Origin: an uncultured Ectothiorhodospiraceae bacterium
Lineage (GTDB): Bacteria > Pseudomonadota > Gammaproteobacteria > JAABTG01
Length of the DNA stretch: 64,000 nucleotides
Direction: 5' to 3'
Assembly (NCBI GenBank): GCA_937867305.1
Contig: CALMKJ010000025.1
Span: forward strand, 12,196 to 76,195
Position numbers and translations under genes: made by a program. Position 1 is the first letter of the stretch, and each line of letters begins with the position of its first letter. Of the stretch, positions 38,612-48,154 are shown piece after piece. The notes beneath the pieces were generated by a model, which saw only the letters and a list, made by a program, of their open reading frames with translations, ran no database searches and was not told the origin of the DNA.

Positions 38612-40731
38612 CGACCGAGCGCCCCAACGCCCCCGGGAGTGCGATCCGGGTTCTGCTGGTGGAAGACAGCGCGGCAGAGGCGGACCTGGTTCGGGACATG
38701 CTCGGGCGGGAGGGTGCGGGCTCGTTCACCGTCACCCACGTCCAGCGGCTGGCCCTGGCAGTCCCTCACCTGCGTGCCGGTGGCGTGGACCTGGTCCTTC
38801 TCGACCTGAATCTGCCGGACAGCGTGGGGCTCTCGGGCTTCGAGGAGCTGCATCCGATTGCCCCCGCGACTCCCTTCATCATCCTCACGAACGTCCAGAA
38901 CGAGTCCGTTGCGGCGCGCGCGGTGCGCATGGGCGCCCAGGACTACTTGATCAAGCGTGAAGTGAACGAGCGGACCCTGGCTCGCGCCATCCGGTACTCG
39001 GTGGAGCGTCAGCGGGCCGAAGAGGCGCTGCGCGCAAGCGAGGAGCGCTACGCCCTCGCAGTGAACGGCGCCAACGACGGGTTGTGGGATTGGAACCTCT
39101 CGCGCGACACCGTCTATTTCTCGCCCCGCTGGAAGGCCATCCTCGGGTATGGCGAGGCCGAGGTGGGGGACCGGGTGAACGAGTGGCTCGACCGGGTCCA
39201 CCCGGAGGACCTGGAGCGGCTGCGCGCCGCACTGTCCGAGCACCTGGAGGGCCGGACGCCCCATTTCGAGTGCGAGCATCGGGTGCTCAACCGCACCGGT
39301 GAGGTCCGTTGGGTGCTGACCCGCGGCCTTGCGGTGCGCGACGCCGCGGGCGTCGCCTATCGGCTCGCCGGCTCGCTGTCGGACATCACGGCACGCAAGC
39401 TGGCCGAAGAGCAGTTGCTCCACGATGCGTTCCACGACGCCCTGACCGGGCTCGCCAACCGTGCGCTGTTCCTGGACCGGCTCGAGCAGACCTTGCGCCA
39501 GCACCGCCGCGACCCCGAGAGGGTCTTCGGGGTGCTGTTCTTCGACCTGGATCGGTTCAAGAACATCAACGACAGCCTGGGGCACAGCGTGGGCGACCAG
39601 TTGCTGGTGGAGGTCGCCAGGCGCCTCGAGCGCTTCCTGCGTCCCGGGGACACCGTGGCGCGGCTCGGCGGGGACGAGTTCGGGGTGATCCTCACGGACA
39701 TCGCGGGCGTCGCCGGGGCGACCCACGTCGCCGAGCGCATCCACGAACTGCTCGGGCAGGTGTTCGTCATCGGAGACCAGGAGGTCTTCACCTCCGCGAG
39801 CATCGGCGTCGCGATGGTCTCGGAGAAGTACGAGCGGCCGGAGGAGCTCCTGCGGGACGCCGACCTCGCCATGTACCGCGCGAAGCAGGGGAGCGCGGGG
39901 TGCTGTGAGGTGTTCGACAGCAACATGTACGAGAGCGCCGTGGCGCTGCTCAAGCTCGAGACCGACCTGCGCCGGGCCGTCGAGCGCGAGGAATTCATGG
40001 TGCACTATCAGCCGATCGTGGCGGTCGACGATGGTCGCATCCTGGGGTTCGAGGCGCTGGTGCGCTGGCGCCACCCGGAGCGTGGGCTGGTGCTCCCCGA
40101 CCAGTTCATTCCCGCCGCGGAGGAGACCGGGCTGGTGGTTCCCATCGGTTGGTGGGTGCTGCGCACGGCCTGCCGCCAGACGCACGAATGGCAGCAGATG
40201 TTTCCGCTCGACCCGCCCCTGTCCATCAGTGTGAACATCTCCGGCAAGTTGTTCCTCGCACCCAACATGTCCGGCCGCTTGCTGGCGATCCTGGAGGAGT
40301 CGCGGCTGCCGCCCGAGAGCCTGCGGCTCGAGATCACCGAGAGCGCGATCATGGACCACCGGGACGCCGCGGTAGCCGAGCTGACGCGGCTGCGGGCTGC
40401 CGGCGTGAAGCTGCACATCGATGACTTCGGTACGGGGTATTCTTCCCTGACCTACCTGCAGCGCTTCTCCTACGACTCGCTCAAGATCGATCGTTCCTTC
40501 GTGAGCGGAATGCGCCAGGAGGAGGAGGGGACCGAGCTCGTGAGGGCCATCGTCGCGTTGGGCAAGATGCTCAACATGAACGTCATCGCCGAAGGCGTGG
40601 AGACGCCCGAGCAATATCGCTGGCTGCTGGCCATGGAGTGCCCCGAGGCCCAGGGGTTCTGGTTCTCCAAGCCTCTCGATCGCACCGCGGTCGCGCGCCT
40701 CCTGCAGGCAAGACCGACCCTCGTCAACTGA
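38608..40731 (+). CDS. REC-PAS-GGDEF-EAL c-di-GMP enzyme
   Basis: LLVEDS..LLDL..YLIK (REC), DGLWDW..VHPED (PAS), RPGD-TVARL-GGDEF, FEALVRW, DDFGTGYSSL. ATG overlaps the kinase stop. Confidence 0.94.
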   Translation: MTTERPNAPGSAIRVLLVEDSAAEADLVRDMLGREGAGSFTVTHVQRLALAVPHLRAGGVDLVLLDLNLPDSVGLSGFEELHPIAPATPFIILTNVQNESVAARAVRMGAQDYLIKREVNERTLARAIRYSVERQRAEEALRASEERYALAVNGANDGLWDWNLSRDTVYFSPRWKAILGYGEAEVGDRVNEWLDRVHPEDLERLRAALSEHLEGRTPHFECEHRVLNRTGEVRWVLTRGLAVRDAAGVAYRLAGSLSDITARKLAEEQLLHDAFHDALTGLANRALFLDRLEQTLRQHRRDPERVFGVLFFDLDRFKNINDSLGHSVGDQLLVEVARRLERFLRPGDTVARLGGDEFGVILTDIAGVAGATHVAERIHELLGQVFVIGDQEVFTSASIGVAMVSEKYERPEELLRDADLAMYRAKQGSAGCCEVFDSNMYESAVALLKLETDLRRAVEREEFMVHYQPIVAVDDGRILGFEALVRWRHPERGLVLPDQFIPAAEETGLVVPIGWWVLRTACRQTHEWQQMFPLDPPLSISVNISGKLFLAPNMSGRLLAILEESRLPPESLRLEITESAIMDHRDAAVAELTRLRAAGVKLHIDDFGTGYSSLTYLQRFSYDSLKIDRSFVSGMRQEEEGTELVRAIVALGKMLNMNVIAEGVETPEQYRWLLAMECPEAQGFWFSKPLDRTAVARLLQARPTLVN

Positions 40732-40773
40732 GGTTCAGCGCACGCTCCGCGGCCGCGGCCGCGCGGAGGAGAC

Positions 40774-41352
40774 ATGGAACGGGGTACCCGCTGGACACTC
40801 GCGGTCGTCGGGGCGGCGGTCGGGTTCGGGTTCGGGCTCGCCCACCTGGTCTGGCGCGCCTCCTCGGTGGACGGGACGGGTGTGGGGGGGCGCGGGGCGG
40901 CCACGGACTGGCGTGCGCCCGGCCGGCACGGGGGAGTGGGGCTACCCATGATGCCGAGGGCGGGCGGCGGCTATCCGCTCGACGACCCCGGAGCAGCGTT
41001 CCCGGCCTATGGCTCGCGGCCGGAGCCTGGGCGGGGCTGGCCGGCTGCGCCGTCTGCCCCCTATCCCGCCTGGCGAGGAGCGCCCGAGGCGGCGTATGCC
41101 CCCGGTTGGGCCGAGCCCGGCGGTTGGGGGGGTGGATATCCCGTGTACCCCTCCGCCCCACAGCCTTCCTGGGCTCGGGAGGACCCGGCCGCCTGGTGGG
41201 CGCCAGGGCGCGGGGACGGGCCGCCGCCGCCCTCCCTGGAGGGCTCGCCTGCCCAGGCCACCACAGCCCCGGCCCCGGAGAGGGTCGAGGTGGCAGTGCC
41301 GCCCGCGCCGGAGATTCCGTCCCCACTGCCGGTGGTCACCGCCCCGGATTGA
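40774..41352 (+). CDS. Hypothetical Pro/Gly/aromatic-rich protein with N-terminal hydrophobic helix
   Basis: GGAGG RBS; WTLAVVGAAVGFGFGLAHLVW, then low-complexity GGGYP/PYPAW/PGW repeats. Confidence 0.55.
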   Translation: MERGTRWTLAVVGAAVGFGFGLAHLVWRASSVDGTGVGGRGAATDWRAPGRHGGVGLPMMPRAGGGYPLDDPGAAFPAYGSRPEPGRGWPAAPSAPYPAWRGAPEAAYAPGWAEPGGWGGGYPVYPSAPQPSWAREDPAAWWAPGRGDGPPPPSLEGSPAQATTAPAPERVEVAVPPAPEIPSPLPVVTAPD

Positions 41353-41440
41353 CGGGGGCCCCGGCGGCGCGTGCCTCCCCCCCTCGCGCCCGCGAGTGGG
41401 GGGGCGCCGCATCGCCGTGAGTCCCCGAGGTGTCGCCAGG

Positions 41441-41545
41441 TCAGAGGCAGTGAGTCGTCCGGGCGCGCAGGGAAAGCCGCAGCACGGTTGCCATGATCAC
41501 TACCAGGGTGAGGATGCCCGCAAGGGTCAGGTTGTCGATGTGCAT
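41441..41545 (-). CDS. Putative 34-aa single-pass small membrane protein
   Basis: MHIDNLTLAGILTLVVIMATVLRLSLRARTTHCL* preceded by a very strong RBS GAGGAGGT; divergent from the response regulator. Confidence 0.6.
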   Translation of the reverse strand: MHIDNLTLAGILTLVVIMATVLRLSLRARTTHCL

Positions 41546-41811
41546 GGCTACCTCCTCGTTCTCCGGCTTCCCGGGGACCGGGGCCGCCCGCAAGCGGCTC
41601 GGCCGAACGGGTCGCCACGTTTGCCCGCATCGTCGCCGAAGCGGGGTGGCGGGCGGCCGCTGACCGGGTGGTCTGGCGATGCCGTTTCCTGCCACGGGTA
41701 CAAGTCTCCCGCGCAGGTGTTGCAGAAGGATTTCCCGTTGGAGCAGAGTTGTGACGAAGTGTTTCGCTTCCATATCAAGCCAGGTCCGCCGTCGGCAGGG
41801 GGAAAGAAACC

Positions 41812-42534
41812 GTGGAGAGCGAGAGCGCCCGTCTCCTCGTCGTGGACGACGATGCCGGTCTGCGCGCCCTCCTGACGAAGTACCTGACCAAGGAGGGATT
41901 CGTGGTCACGGCGGTCCCCGACGGGGCGGCCATGGATGCCTGGCTCGGGCGGGAATCGGCCGACCTCGTGATCCTCGACCTGATGCTGCCCGGGGAAGAC
42001 GGCCTCTCGCTGGCCCGGCGGCTGCGGGCGGGCAGCGACGTGCCCATCGTCATTCTCTCGGCCCGGGGCGAGGACCTCGACCGGATCGTGGGCCTGGAGG
42101 TCGGCGCCGACGATTACCTCGCCAAGCCCTTCAACCCCCGGGAGTTGCTCGCCCGTATCCGGGCGGTGCTGCGGCGCAGGACAAAAGCCTGTCCCCCGGC
42201 GGACGCGGGGACGTCCGGGGAGGAGTTCCGTTTCGGTCCTTTCCGGCTCGACACGGCGGCCCAGCGCCTGACCCGGGACGGAGAGTCCGTTGACCTGACG
42301 ACGGGCGAGTATGCGCTGCTGCGCATCTTCGTGGAGCGCCCCAACCGGGTTCTGAGCCGGGACACCCTGGTGGACCTGCTCAAGGGGTACGAGCGAGACC
42401 CCTTCGACCGCAGCGTGGACGTGAGGGTGGCCCGCCTGCGCAGCAAGGTCGAGGAGGACAGCCGGGAGCCCCGCTACATACGCACCGTGTGGGGGCAGGG
42501 GTATCTGTTCGCGCCGGACGGTGACGCCCGGTGA
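41812..42534 (+). CDS. ompR: OmpR-family response regulator
   Basis: LVVDDD, LDLMLPGEDGLS, GADDYLAKPFNPRELLARI, DRSVDVRVARLR, YIRTVWGQGYLFAPDG. Confidence 0.85.
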   Translation: MESESARLLVVDDDAGLRALLTKYLTKEGFVVTAVPDGAAMDAWLGRESADLVILDLMLPGEDGLSLARRLRAGSDVPIVILSARGEDLDRIVGLEVGADDYLAKPFNPRELLARIRAVLRRRTKACPPADAGTSGEEFRFGPFRLDTAAQRLTRDGESVDLTTGEYALLRIFVERPNRVLSRDTLVDLLKGYERDPFDRSVDVRVARLRSKVEEDSREPRYIRTVWGQGYLFAPDGDAR

Positions 42535-43880
42535 GGTGGGTGCCCGGGACCCTGTTCGGCAAGACCGCGGTCGCTCTGATGGTCGCGTTTCTCTATTTCG
42601 CGTTCTTCGCATTCGCCGCGGTCGTCCATTACGTCCAGGTGCCCGTCGCTCGGCAGGCTGCGGAGGACCTCGCCACCTTCCTGCTGCTGACCGGGCGCGC
42701 CTGGTCGTCGCTGCCGCCGGCGGACCGGGAGCACTACGCGGCCGAGGTCCTGAGGGGCCACGACGTGGCGGTTTCGGACGCATCCGTCCCTCTGCTCGAG
42801 CGCCCGGCTTACCGGCCCTTTCCGGCCCTCGTGGAGGCGGCCGTGCAGGCCCGTACCCGGGCGCCCACGGCCTTGCGGATGAGCACCGCCCAGGACGGGC
42901 GGCGCTGGTACTGGCTAGAGATGAATGAGCCCGCGGGTGGTGTTCGGGTGGGGTTTCCCGAGAACCGGACCGGGACGCACGTCCCGACCGCACTGATCAG
43001 CGTGCTCGCCGCGAGCGCCGGTCTCGTGCTGGTGACGGCGATGACCCTTGCCAGCCGGATCAGCCGGCCCCTGGAGCGGCTCTCGGCAGCCGTGGAGAGT
43101 CTCGGAAAAGGGCTGGAGCCCGAGCGGCTGCCCGAGCAGGGACCGACGGAGCTGGTGACGCTGATCCGGCAGTTCAACCGGATGACCCTCCAGGTGCGCG
43201 AACTGCTCGCCAACCGCACGACCCTGCTGGCGGGGATCAGTCACGACCTGCGCACCCCGCTCGCGCGCCTTCGCGTCGCCATCGAGATGTTGCCCGAGGA
43301 GGTGGATTCGGACCTCGTGCAGGGGATGACCAGGGACCTGGAGGAGATGAACCGCCTGATCGGCGTCGCGCTCGAGCTGGCGCACGACCTTGCGGCGGGC
43401 AAGCGCGAGGTCGTGGACCTGAACGAGGTGGTGCAGGCGGTGGTGGAGGGAGCGCGGCGGGTCGGAGGCGCTGTACGCTGGACTCCCGGGCCACCCTGCC
43501 GCCAGAACGTGAACGTCACGGCGCTCCGGCGGGTTCTCGACAATCTGATGGGGAACGCCCTGCGTTACGGCAGGGGGCTCATGGTCACGGTGGAGTTGGA
43601 GTGCGGCACCGACGGGGTTGTCGTGCGGGTCCTGGATCGGGGACCCGGAATCCCGGAGGAGGAGCGCGAAGCGGTCTTCCGGCCGTTTCACCGGCTCGAA
43701 CGGTCGCGCAGTACCGACACCGGGGGGAGCGGGCTCGGCCTTGCGATCGCCCGCCAACTGTCGGAGGCGAATGGCTGGCGGCTGACGCTGGGTTCGAGGG
43801 ATGGGGGAGGGACGGTCGCGGAGCTTGTCTTGCCTCGCCTTGCCCTCCCGAGTGGTTTGCCCGAGGAGGCGGGGTCCTGA
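42531..43880 (+). CDS. EnvZ-like membrane sensor histidine kinase
   Basis: Two TM helices, HAMP domain, AGISHDLRTPLARL, DRGPGIP, GGSGLGLAI. Confidence 0.9.
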   Translation: MRWVPGTLFGKTAVALMVAFLYFAFFAFAAVVHYVQVPVARQAAEDLATFLLLTGRAWSSLPPADREHYAAEVLRGHDVAVSDASVPLLERPAYRPFPALVEAAVQARTRAPTALRMSTAQDGRRWYWLEMNEPAGGVRVGFPENRTGTHVPTALISVLAASAGLVLVTAMTLASRISRPLERLSAAVESLGKGLEPERLPEQGPTELVTLIRQFNRMTLQVRELLANRTTLLAGISHDLRTPLARLRVAIEMLPEEVDSDLVQGMTRDLEEMNRLIGVALELAHDLAAGKREVVDLNEVVQAVVEGARRVGGAVRWTPGPPCRQNVNVTALRRVLDNLMGNALRYGRGLMVTVELECGTDGVVVRVLDRGPGIPEEEREAVFRPFHRLERSRSTDTGGSGLGLAIARQLSEANGWRLTLGSRDGGGTVAELVLPRLALPSGLPEEAGS

Positions 43881-43882
43881 GA

Positions 43883-44446
43883 GTGAGACAGGGAACGGAT
43901 CGCTGGGGCGGGCGGTCGGGTGCGTGGCTGCTCAGCTTGCTCCTGCTCCTCGTGCCCGTGGGCTCGGCCCCCGCCACCGGGCTCGGTCCGCAGGAAATGG
44001 CGGCCATGCTGCAGGGCATGGTCACGATGATGAAGCTGTGGAGCGCGTTCACCGGTGGCACCGACTTCAACCTGGGAGGGGGGAGCCTCTCGCCCTACCC
44101 GGCTCCTGCGGGCTCGTGGGCACCAGACCCCTGGACCGGTGCCGCACCCCTCCGGGGTGGCCCGCCAGCCGCAGGGGTGCCCACGGCAGGTCGGGCGCCG
44201 GGGCCGCTCGAGGGACGCTGGATCGGGGAGTCCGGAGACACCCTGGAGTTTCGCGGCGAGAGGTTCCGCCTGTCCGCCCAGGGCCGCGGCCAGCTGACGG
44301 GGACGTTCCTCGTCCAGCAAGACCGCCTGGCCCTGTACGTGCCTCAAGAAGGTTCCACCCGCGTGTACCGTTTCGAGCGCCGGCGCGACCATCTCGCGCT
44401 CCAGGACGACGGGGGCGGGCTCCTGCTCTTCCGCGCGGCACGCTGA
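43883..44446 (+). CDS. Hypothetical exported protein
   Basis: Signal-like WLLSLLLLLVPVGSA; Met-rich helix; Pro/Gly linker; beta-rich C-terminal domain LEGRWIGESGDTLEF. Confidence 0.65.
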   Translation: MRQGTDRWGGRSGAWLLSLLLLLVPVGSAPATGLGPQEMAAMLQGMVTMMKLWSAFTGGTDFNLGGGSLSPYPAPAGSWAPDPWTGAAPLRGGPPAAGVPTAGRAPGPLEGRWIGESGDTLEFRGERFRLSAQGRGQLTGTFLVQQDRLALYVPQEGSTRVYRFERRRDHLALQDDGGGLLLFRAAR

Positions 44447-44595
44447 CCGTCCCGGCCAGCGTCACCCGCAAGGGTCGGTAATTCCGCGACCCTCGAGAGG
44501 TCCTCGGGCGGGTACGTCCATCTCCCGCCCGAGTGGTGTCTCCCTTGATGTCTCCCCGCCACCGAACCGGGACGCGGTGGGCCGGGGAGGGGTGG

Positions 44596-45156
44596 TCATT
44601 CGACCTTGATGTTCCGCCGCCGGGCGACCTGCGCCTTGGGCAACGTCAGCTCCAGCAGCCCGTCCTTGAAGGAGGCCTGAGCCTTGTCGGCGTCGACCTC
44701 GACGGGAAGGGGGACCGTGCGCAGGAATTCCCCCTGCACGATCTCACTCCGATGGTAGTCGCCCCGGTCTTCCTTCGTCTCCTTGCGGGTCGCCGCCTTG
44801 ATGGTCAGGGTCCCTTCCGTCATGGTGACGTCCAGGTCCTTCTTGTCGACGCCGGGCAGCTCAGCCCGGACGACCACCGCGTCGTCCCGCTCCACCACGT
44901 CCACCCGGGGCACGCGGTAGTCCAACTGTCGCTCCGCCTCTCCGGCCCACGGCCACCCCGTCCGCAACGGGTGCCCCCACCAGGGGCCCGCGCCCCGGAG
45001 CATGTGCTCGAACAGGCGATCCATGTCTTCGAACGGACTCAGGGCCTTGACGGCCCTGCGCGGCCTCACCGGAGCCGCAACGCCCTTCTTCTCCTCCTTT
45101 TTCTCTTCCTTCGCCTCTTCTTTCCTGGTTACGTCCACTCCGCTCGGCTTGTTCAT
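44596..45156 (-). CDS. Hsp20/alpha-crystallin small heat-shock protein
   Basis: PRVDVVE, AELPGV, GEFLRTVPLP, ASFKDGLLELTLPK, C-terminal IKVE (IxI motif). Confidence 0.93.
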   Translation of the reverse strand: MNKPSGVDVTRKEEAKEEKKEEKKGVAAPVRPRRAVKALSPFEDMDRLFEHMLRGAGPWWGHPLRTGWPWAGEAERQLDYRVPRVDVVERDDAVVVRAELPGVDKKDLDVTMTEGTLTIKAATRKETKEDRGDYHRSEIVQGEFLRTVPLPVEVDADKAQASFKDGLLELTLPKAQVARRRNIKVE

Positions 45157-45210
45157 GTCGCCCTCCGTTTGCCCGCGCTCCGGGGCGGGCATGACCCTCT
45201 ATGAGAGGAA

Positions 45211-45238
45211 ATATAGGGGCAACGACCCCGTTTCCAAG
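45211..45238 (-). promoter_or_regulatory. Candidate sigma-32 (RpoH) promoter of the Hsp20 gene
   Basis: Minus strand reads CTTGGAA-N13-CCCTATAT, against the consensus CTTGAAA-N13/14-CCCCATNT. Confidence 0.65.
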
Positions 45239-45263
45239 GTGCGGTGAAGGACAGCCCCGGCCT

Positions 45264-46172
45264 TCAGGGCTTGCCGAGGAAGGCTGCCACGGCGTCTGCG
45301 ACTTCCTCCGCGTACAGATCCCGGAAGAAATGGTCGGCACCGTCGACCACGGCCACCTCCACCCGACCCGGGGCGAGCAGGGGTCGGAAGGCCTGTTCGA
45401 GGCCGGGTAAGACGTCGTCCGCGCCCCCCACCAGGACGAGCACCGGAACGTCCGTTTTCGCGACCAGCGCCGGAGTGTCGAAGTGGGGGTCGTGGGCGTG
45501 ATAGGAGAGGAAGCTCTCCGCGGTGGCCGCGGTGCCTGCGCAGTACAGGATGTCCACCGGCTTCATCATCGCCTTGGGGTCGGAGGCGGCGAGCTTGCGT
45601 GCCGCCTCGACCAGCGGGCCGACGTCCTTCTTGAAGGCCCTCTGGTAACCGGCGGCGGTGGCGGCTGTGTCCTGGGTCATGGGCGCGATCAGGACCACCT
45701 TGTTCACCACCGGGTCACGGTGCTCGGCCGCGTACCAGGCCGTCTGGTTGCCACCGCGGGAGTGGCCGAGCACGGTGACGCTCGTGGCCCCCTTGGCCTT
45801 CAGCCAGCCGACCCAGGCCGCGATCTCGCTCACCGCGTCGGCGTGGCGGTGAGTGTGGGGGACGGAGCAGTCGTAGTTGCCCGCGCGTCTGTCGACCCCC
45901 AGCGAAAGGGTGATGGCGAGGCTGCTGACGCCCCGCTCCCGGAGCAGGTCCTGCAGGGACCGGGTGATCTCCATGCGCCCGTGGGCGAGCGTGCCGTGGG
46001 TGATGAGGACCACTCCGTCGGGGACGGTGCGGCCGTCGGCGAGCTCGAGATTCCCGTTGAGGGTGAGCCCGGCGTGGGGCAGCTCGACCTCCGCGGCTTG
46101 TGCCGGGAGGCCCAGCCCGAGCGCGAGCGTGAGGGGGAGGATCGCGAGGCAACGACGTGCAGGCATGTGCAT
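45264..46172 (-). CDS. Exported alpha/beta-fold hydrolase
   Basis: Signal peptide (LALGLGLPAQA); HGT oxyanion motif, GHSRG nucleophile elbow, GADD acid, DHFF His. Confidence 0.82.
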   Translation of the reverse strand: MHMPARRCLAILPLTLALGLGLPAQAAEVELPHAGLTLNGNLELADGRTVPDGVVLITHGTLAHGRMEITRSLQDLLRERGVSSLAITLSLGVDRRAGNYDCSVPHTHRHADAVSEIAAWVGWLKAKGATSVTVLGHSRGGNQTAWYAAEHRDPVVNKVVLIAPMTQDTAATAAGYQRAFKKDVGPLVEAARKLAASDPKAMMKPVDILYCAGTAATAESFLSYHAHDPHFDTPALVAKTDVPVLVLVGGADDVLPGLEQAFRPLLAPGRVEVAVVDGADHFFRDLYAEEVADAVAAFLGKP

Positions 46173-46277
46173 GGCTCGACCTCCAATGTTCGGATGGACT
46201 GTAGCGCGAATCGGATCTAACGTGTGCGCGGCGGACGCTGTGCAGCGGGACGGGAGAGGCCTGGAGAGGGGCAAGCC

Positions 46278-46667
46278 ATGACGGGAACGGGCAAGGGAAC
46301 GCGAGTCTACATACTCCAGCTCGTCGAGCAGCTGGGGCTCGCCCTCATCGTCGTCGCCACACTGGTGGCGGTCGGCGAAGAGGTGGCGAAGATGGTGTCC
46401 GCGCGCACCGTAACCCTCGCCGACATCCTGATCCTCTTCATTTATCTCGAGGTCATCGCGATGGTGGCGATCTACTTCGAGTCCCACCGCCTGCCGGTCC
46501 GGTTCCCCATCTACATCGCGATCGTCGCCCTGGCCCGATACCTGATCCTCGACGCGAAGACCATGGGCCCGTGGGGCCTGCTGGCCGTCGGCGGCACGAT
46601 CGTGCTGCTCGCGCTGGGGGTGCTGGTGCTCCGCTACGGGCACGTCAAGTTCCCCTACTCGGAGTGA
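46278..46667 (+). CDS. psiE: PsiE-family membrane protein
   Basis: [35 protein letters not shown]. Confidence 0.82.
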   Translation: MTGTGKGTRVYILQLVEQLGLALIVVATLVAVGEEVAKMVSARTVTLADILILFIYLEVIAMVAIYFESHRLPVRFPIYIAIVALARYLILDAKTMGPWGLLAVGGTIVLLALGVLVLRYGHVKFPYSE

Positions 46668-48151
46668 CCCTCCCCGGAGACCCGGAGCGAGCCGCGCCAC
46701 GACTGCCCCTCCTTTTCGAAGAGGCGGCTCGCCTCGCGCGGGCCCCAGCTGCCGGCGGGGTAGGTCTGGATGAACTCGCGCTCCACGGACCAGACCTTGA
46801 GGATCGGGTCGACCACCTTCCAGGCACCCTGCACCTCGTCGTAGCGCAGGAACAGGGAACGGTCGCCGTGGAGGATATCCAGTAGCAGCGTCTCGTAGGC
46901 CTCCAGCCGGTAGTCCCCGACGGCGCAGGAACCCGTGTCCAGCTGGGTGGTGCGGGTGCGCATCTCGAGGCCCGCCTGTTTGACCTGGATCTCGGCTCGC
47001 AGGCATTGCTCGGGTTGGATCCCCACGAGCAGCCAGTTCGGGGTGAGCTCCTCGATCGGGGTCTCCCGGAAGAGTTGCTGCGGCGGGTGGCGGAAGCGGA
47101 TGGCGATCATGGAGATGTTCCTGGCCATGCGCTTGCCCGTGCGCAGGTAGAACGGCACCCCGCGCCAACGCCAGTTGTCGATGTAGATCCGGGCTGCGGC
47201 GTAGGTCTCGGTCGCGCTGTCACCCGGGACACCGGGCTCTTCGAGGTAGCCGCGGACCTTCTCCCCGTCGATCAGCCCGCGCCCGTACTGGGCCCGGAAG
47301 GCGTGGGCGTGGACCGAGCCCGCGGCGATGGGCCGGATGGAGCGCAGGACCTTCACCTTCTCGTCCCGCAGGCTCTCCGCCTCCAGGGACGCCGGGGGCT
47401 CCATGGCGACCAGGGTCAGCAGCTGCAGCAGGTGGCTCTGGATCATGTCGCGCAGGGCACCCGTGCCGTCGTAGAAGCCGGCGCGGTCTTCGATGCCGCG
47501 CTGTTCGGCGTGGGTGATCTGGACGTGGTCGATGTAGTTGCGGTTCCAGAGCGGCTCCAGCATGAGATTCGCGAAGCGGAACACGAGGACGTTCTGGACG
47601 GTTTCTTTCCCGAGGTAGTGGTCGATCCGATAGATCTGATGCTCGGCGAAGTCCCGCTGCAGGGCCCGGTCCAGCGCCTGCGCGCTCTCCAGGTCGTACC
47701 CGAACGGCTTCTCGACCACCAGGCGGCGCCAGCCGCCGTCCTCCCGGTTCAGGCCCACCCCGGCGAGCGCCCGAGCGGTCGGCCCGTACTCCGCGGGCGG
47801 GATGGAGAGATAGAAGACCACGTTGTCGGGCAGTCCCGGTTTTTCGGTGAGCGCCCGCGCCAGGTCCCGGAACGACTGTTCATCCCTCAGGTCCCCCCGG
47901 AAGTAGCGCAGCCGCTGCCGGAAGCGCTCGAGCACCGCCGGGTCCAGGCCGTCGCGCACCCGCGGCACGAGTGCCTGCTCGACCTCGGCGGCCCATCGCT
48001 CGGTGTCCCAGGGGCGCCGGCCGAAGGCCACGATCACCGAGCCCTCGGTGAGCTTGCCCACGGCCTCCAGGTGGTACAGCGCGGGCAGCAGTTTGTTGCG
48101 GGCCAGATTGCCGGCCGCGCCGAAGATGATGAGCGTGAAGGGTTCGTCCAT
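46655..48151 (-). CDS. zwf: Glucose-6-phosphate 1-dehydrogenase
   Basis: [42 protein letters not shown]. Confidence 0.96.
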   Translation of the reverse strand: MDEPFTLIIFGAAGNLARNKLLPALYHLEAVGKLTEGSVIVAFGRRPWDTERWAAEVEQALVPRVRDGLDPAVLERFRQRLRYFRGDLRDEQSFRDLARALTEKPGLPDNVVFYLSIPPAEYGPTARALAGVGLNREDGGWRRLVVEKPFGYDLESAQALDRALQRDFAEHQIYRIDHYLGKETVQNVLVFRFANLMLEPLWNRNYIDHVQITHAEQRGIEDRAGFYDGTGALRDMIQSHLLQLLTLVAMEPPASLEAESLRDEKVKVLRSIRPIAAGSVHAHAFRAQYGRGLIDGEKVRGYLEEPGVPGDSATETYAAARIYIDNWRWRGVPFYLRTGKRMARNISMIAIRFRHPPQQLFRETPIEELTPNWLLVGIQPEQCLRAEIQVKQAGLEMRTRTTQLDTGSCAVGDYRLEAYETLLLDILHGDRSLFLRYDEVQGAWKVVDPILKVWSVEREFIQTYPAGSWGPREASRLFEKEGQSWRGSLRVSGEGHSE

Positions 48152-48154
48152 GGC

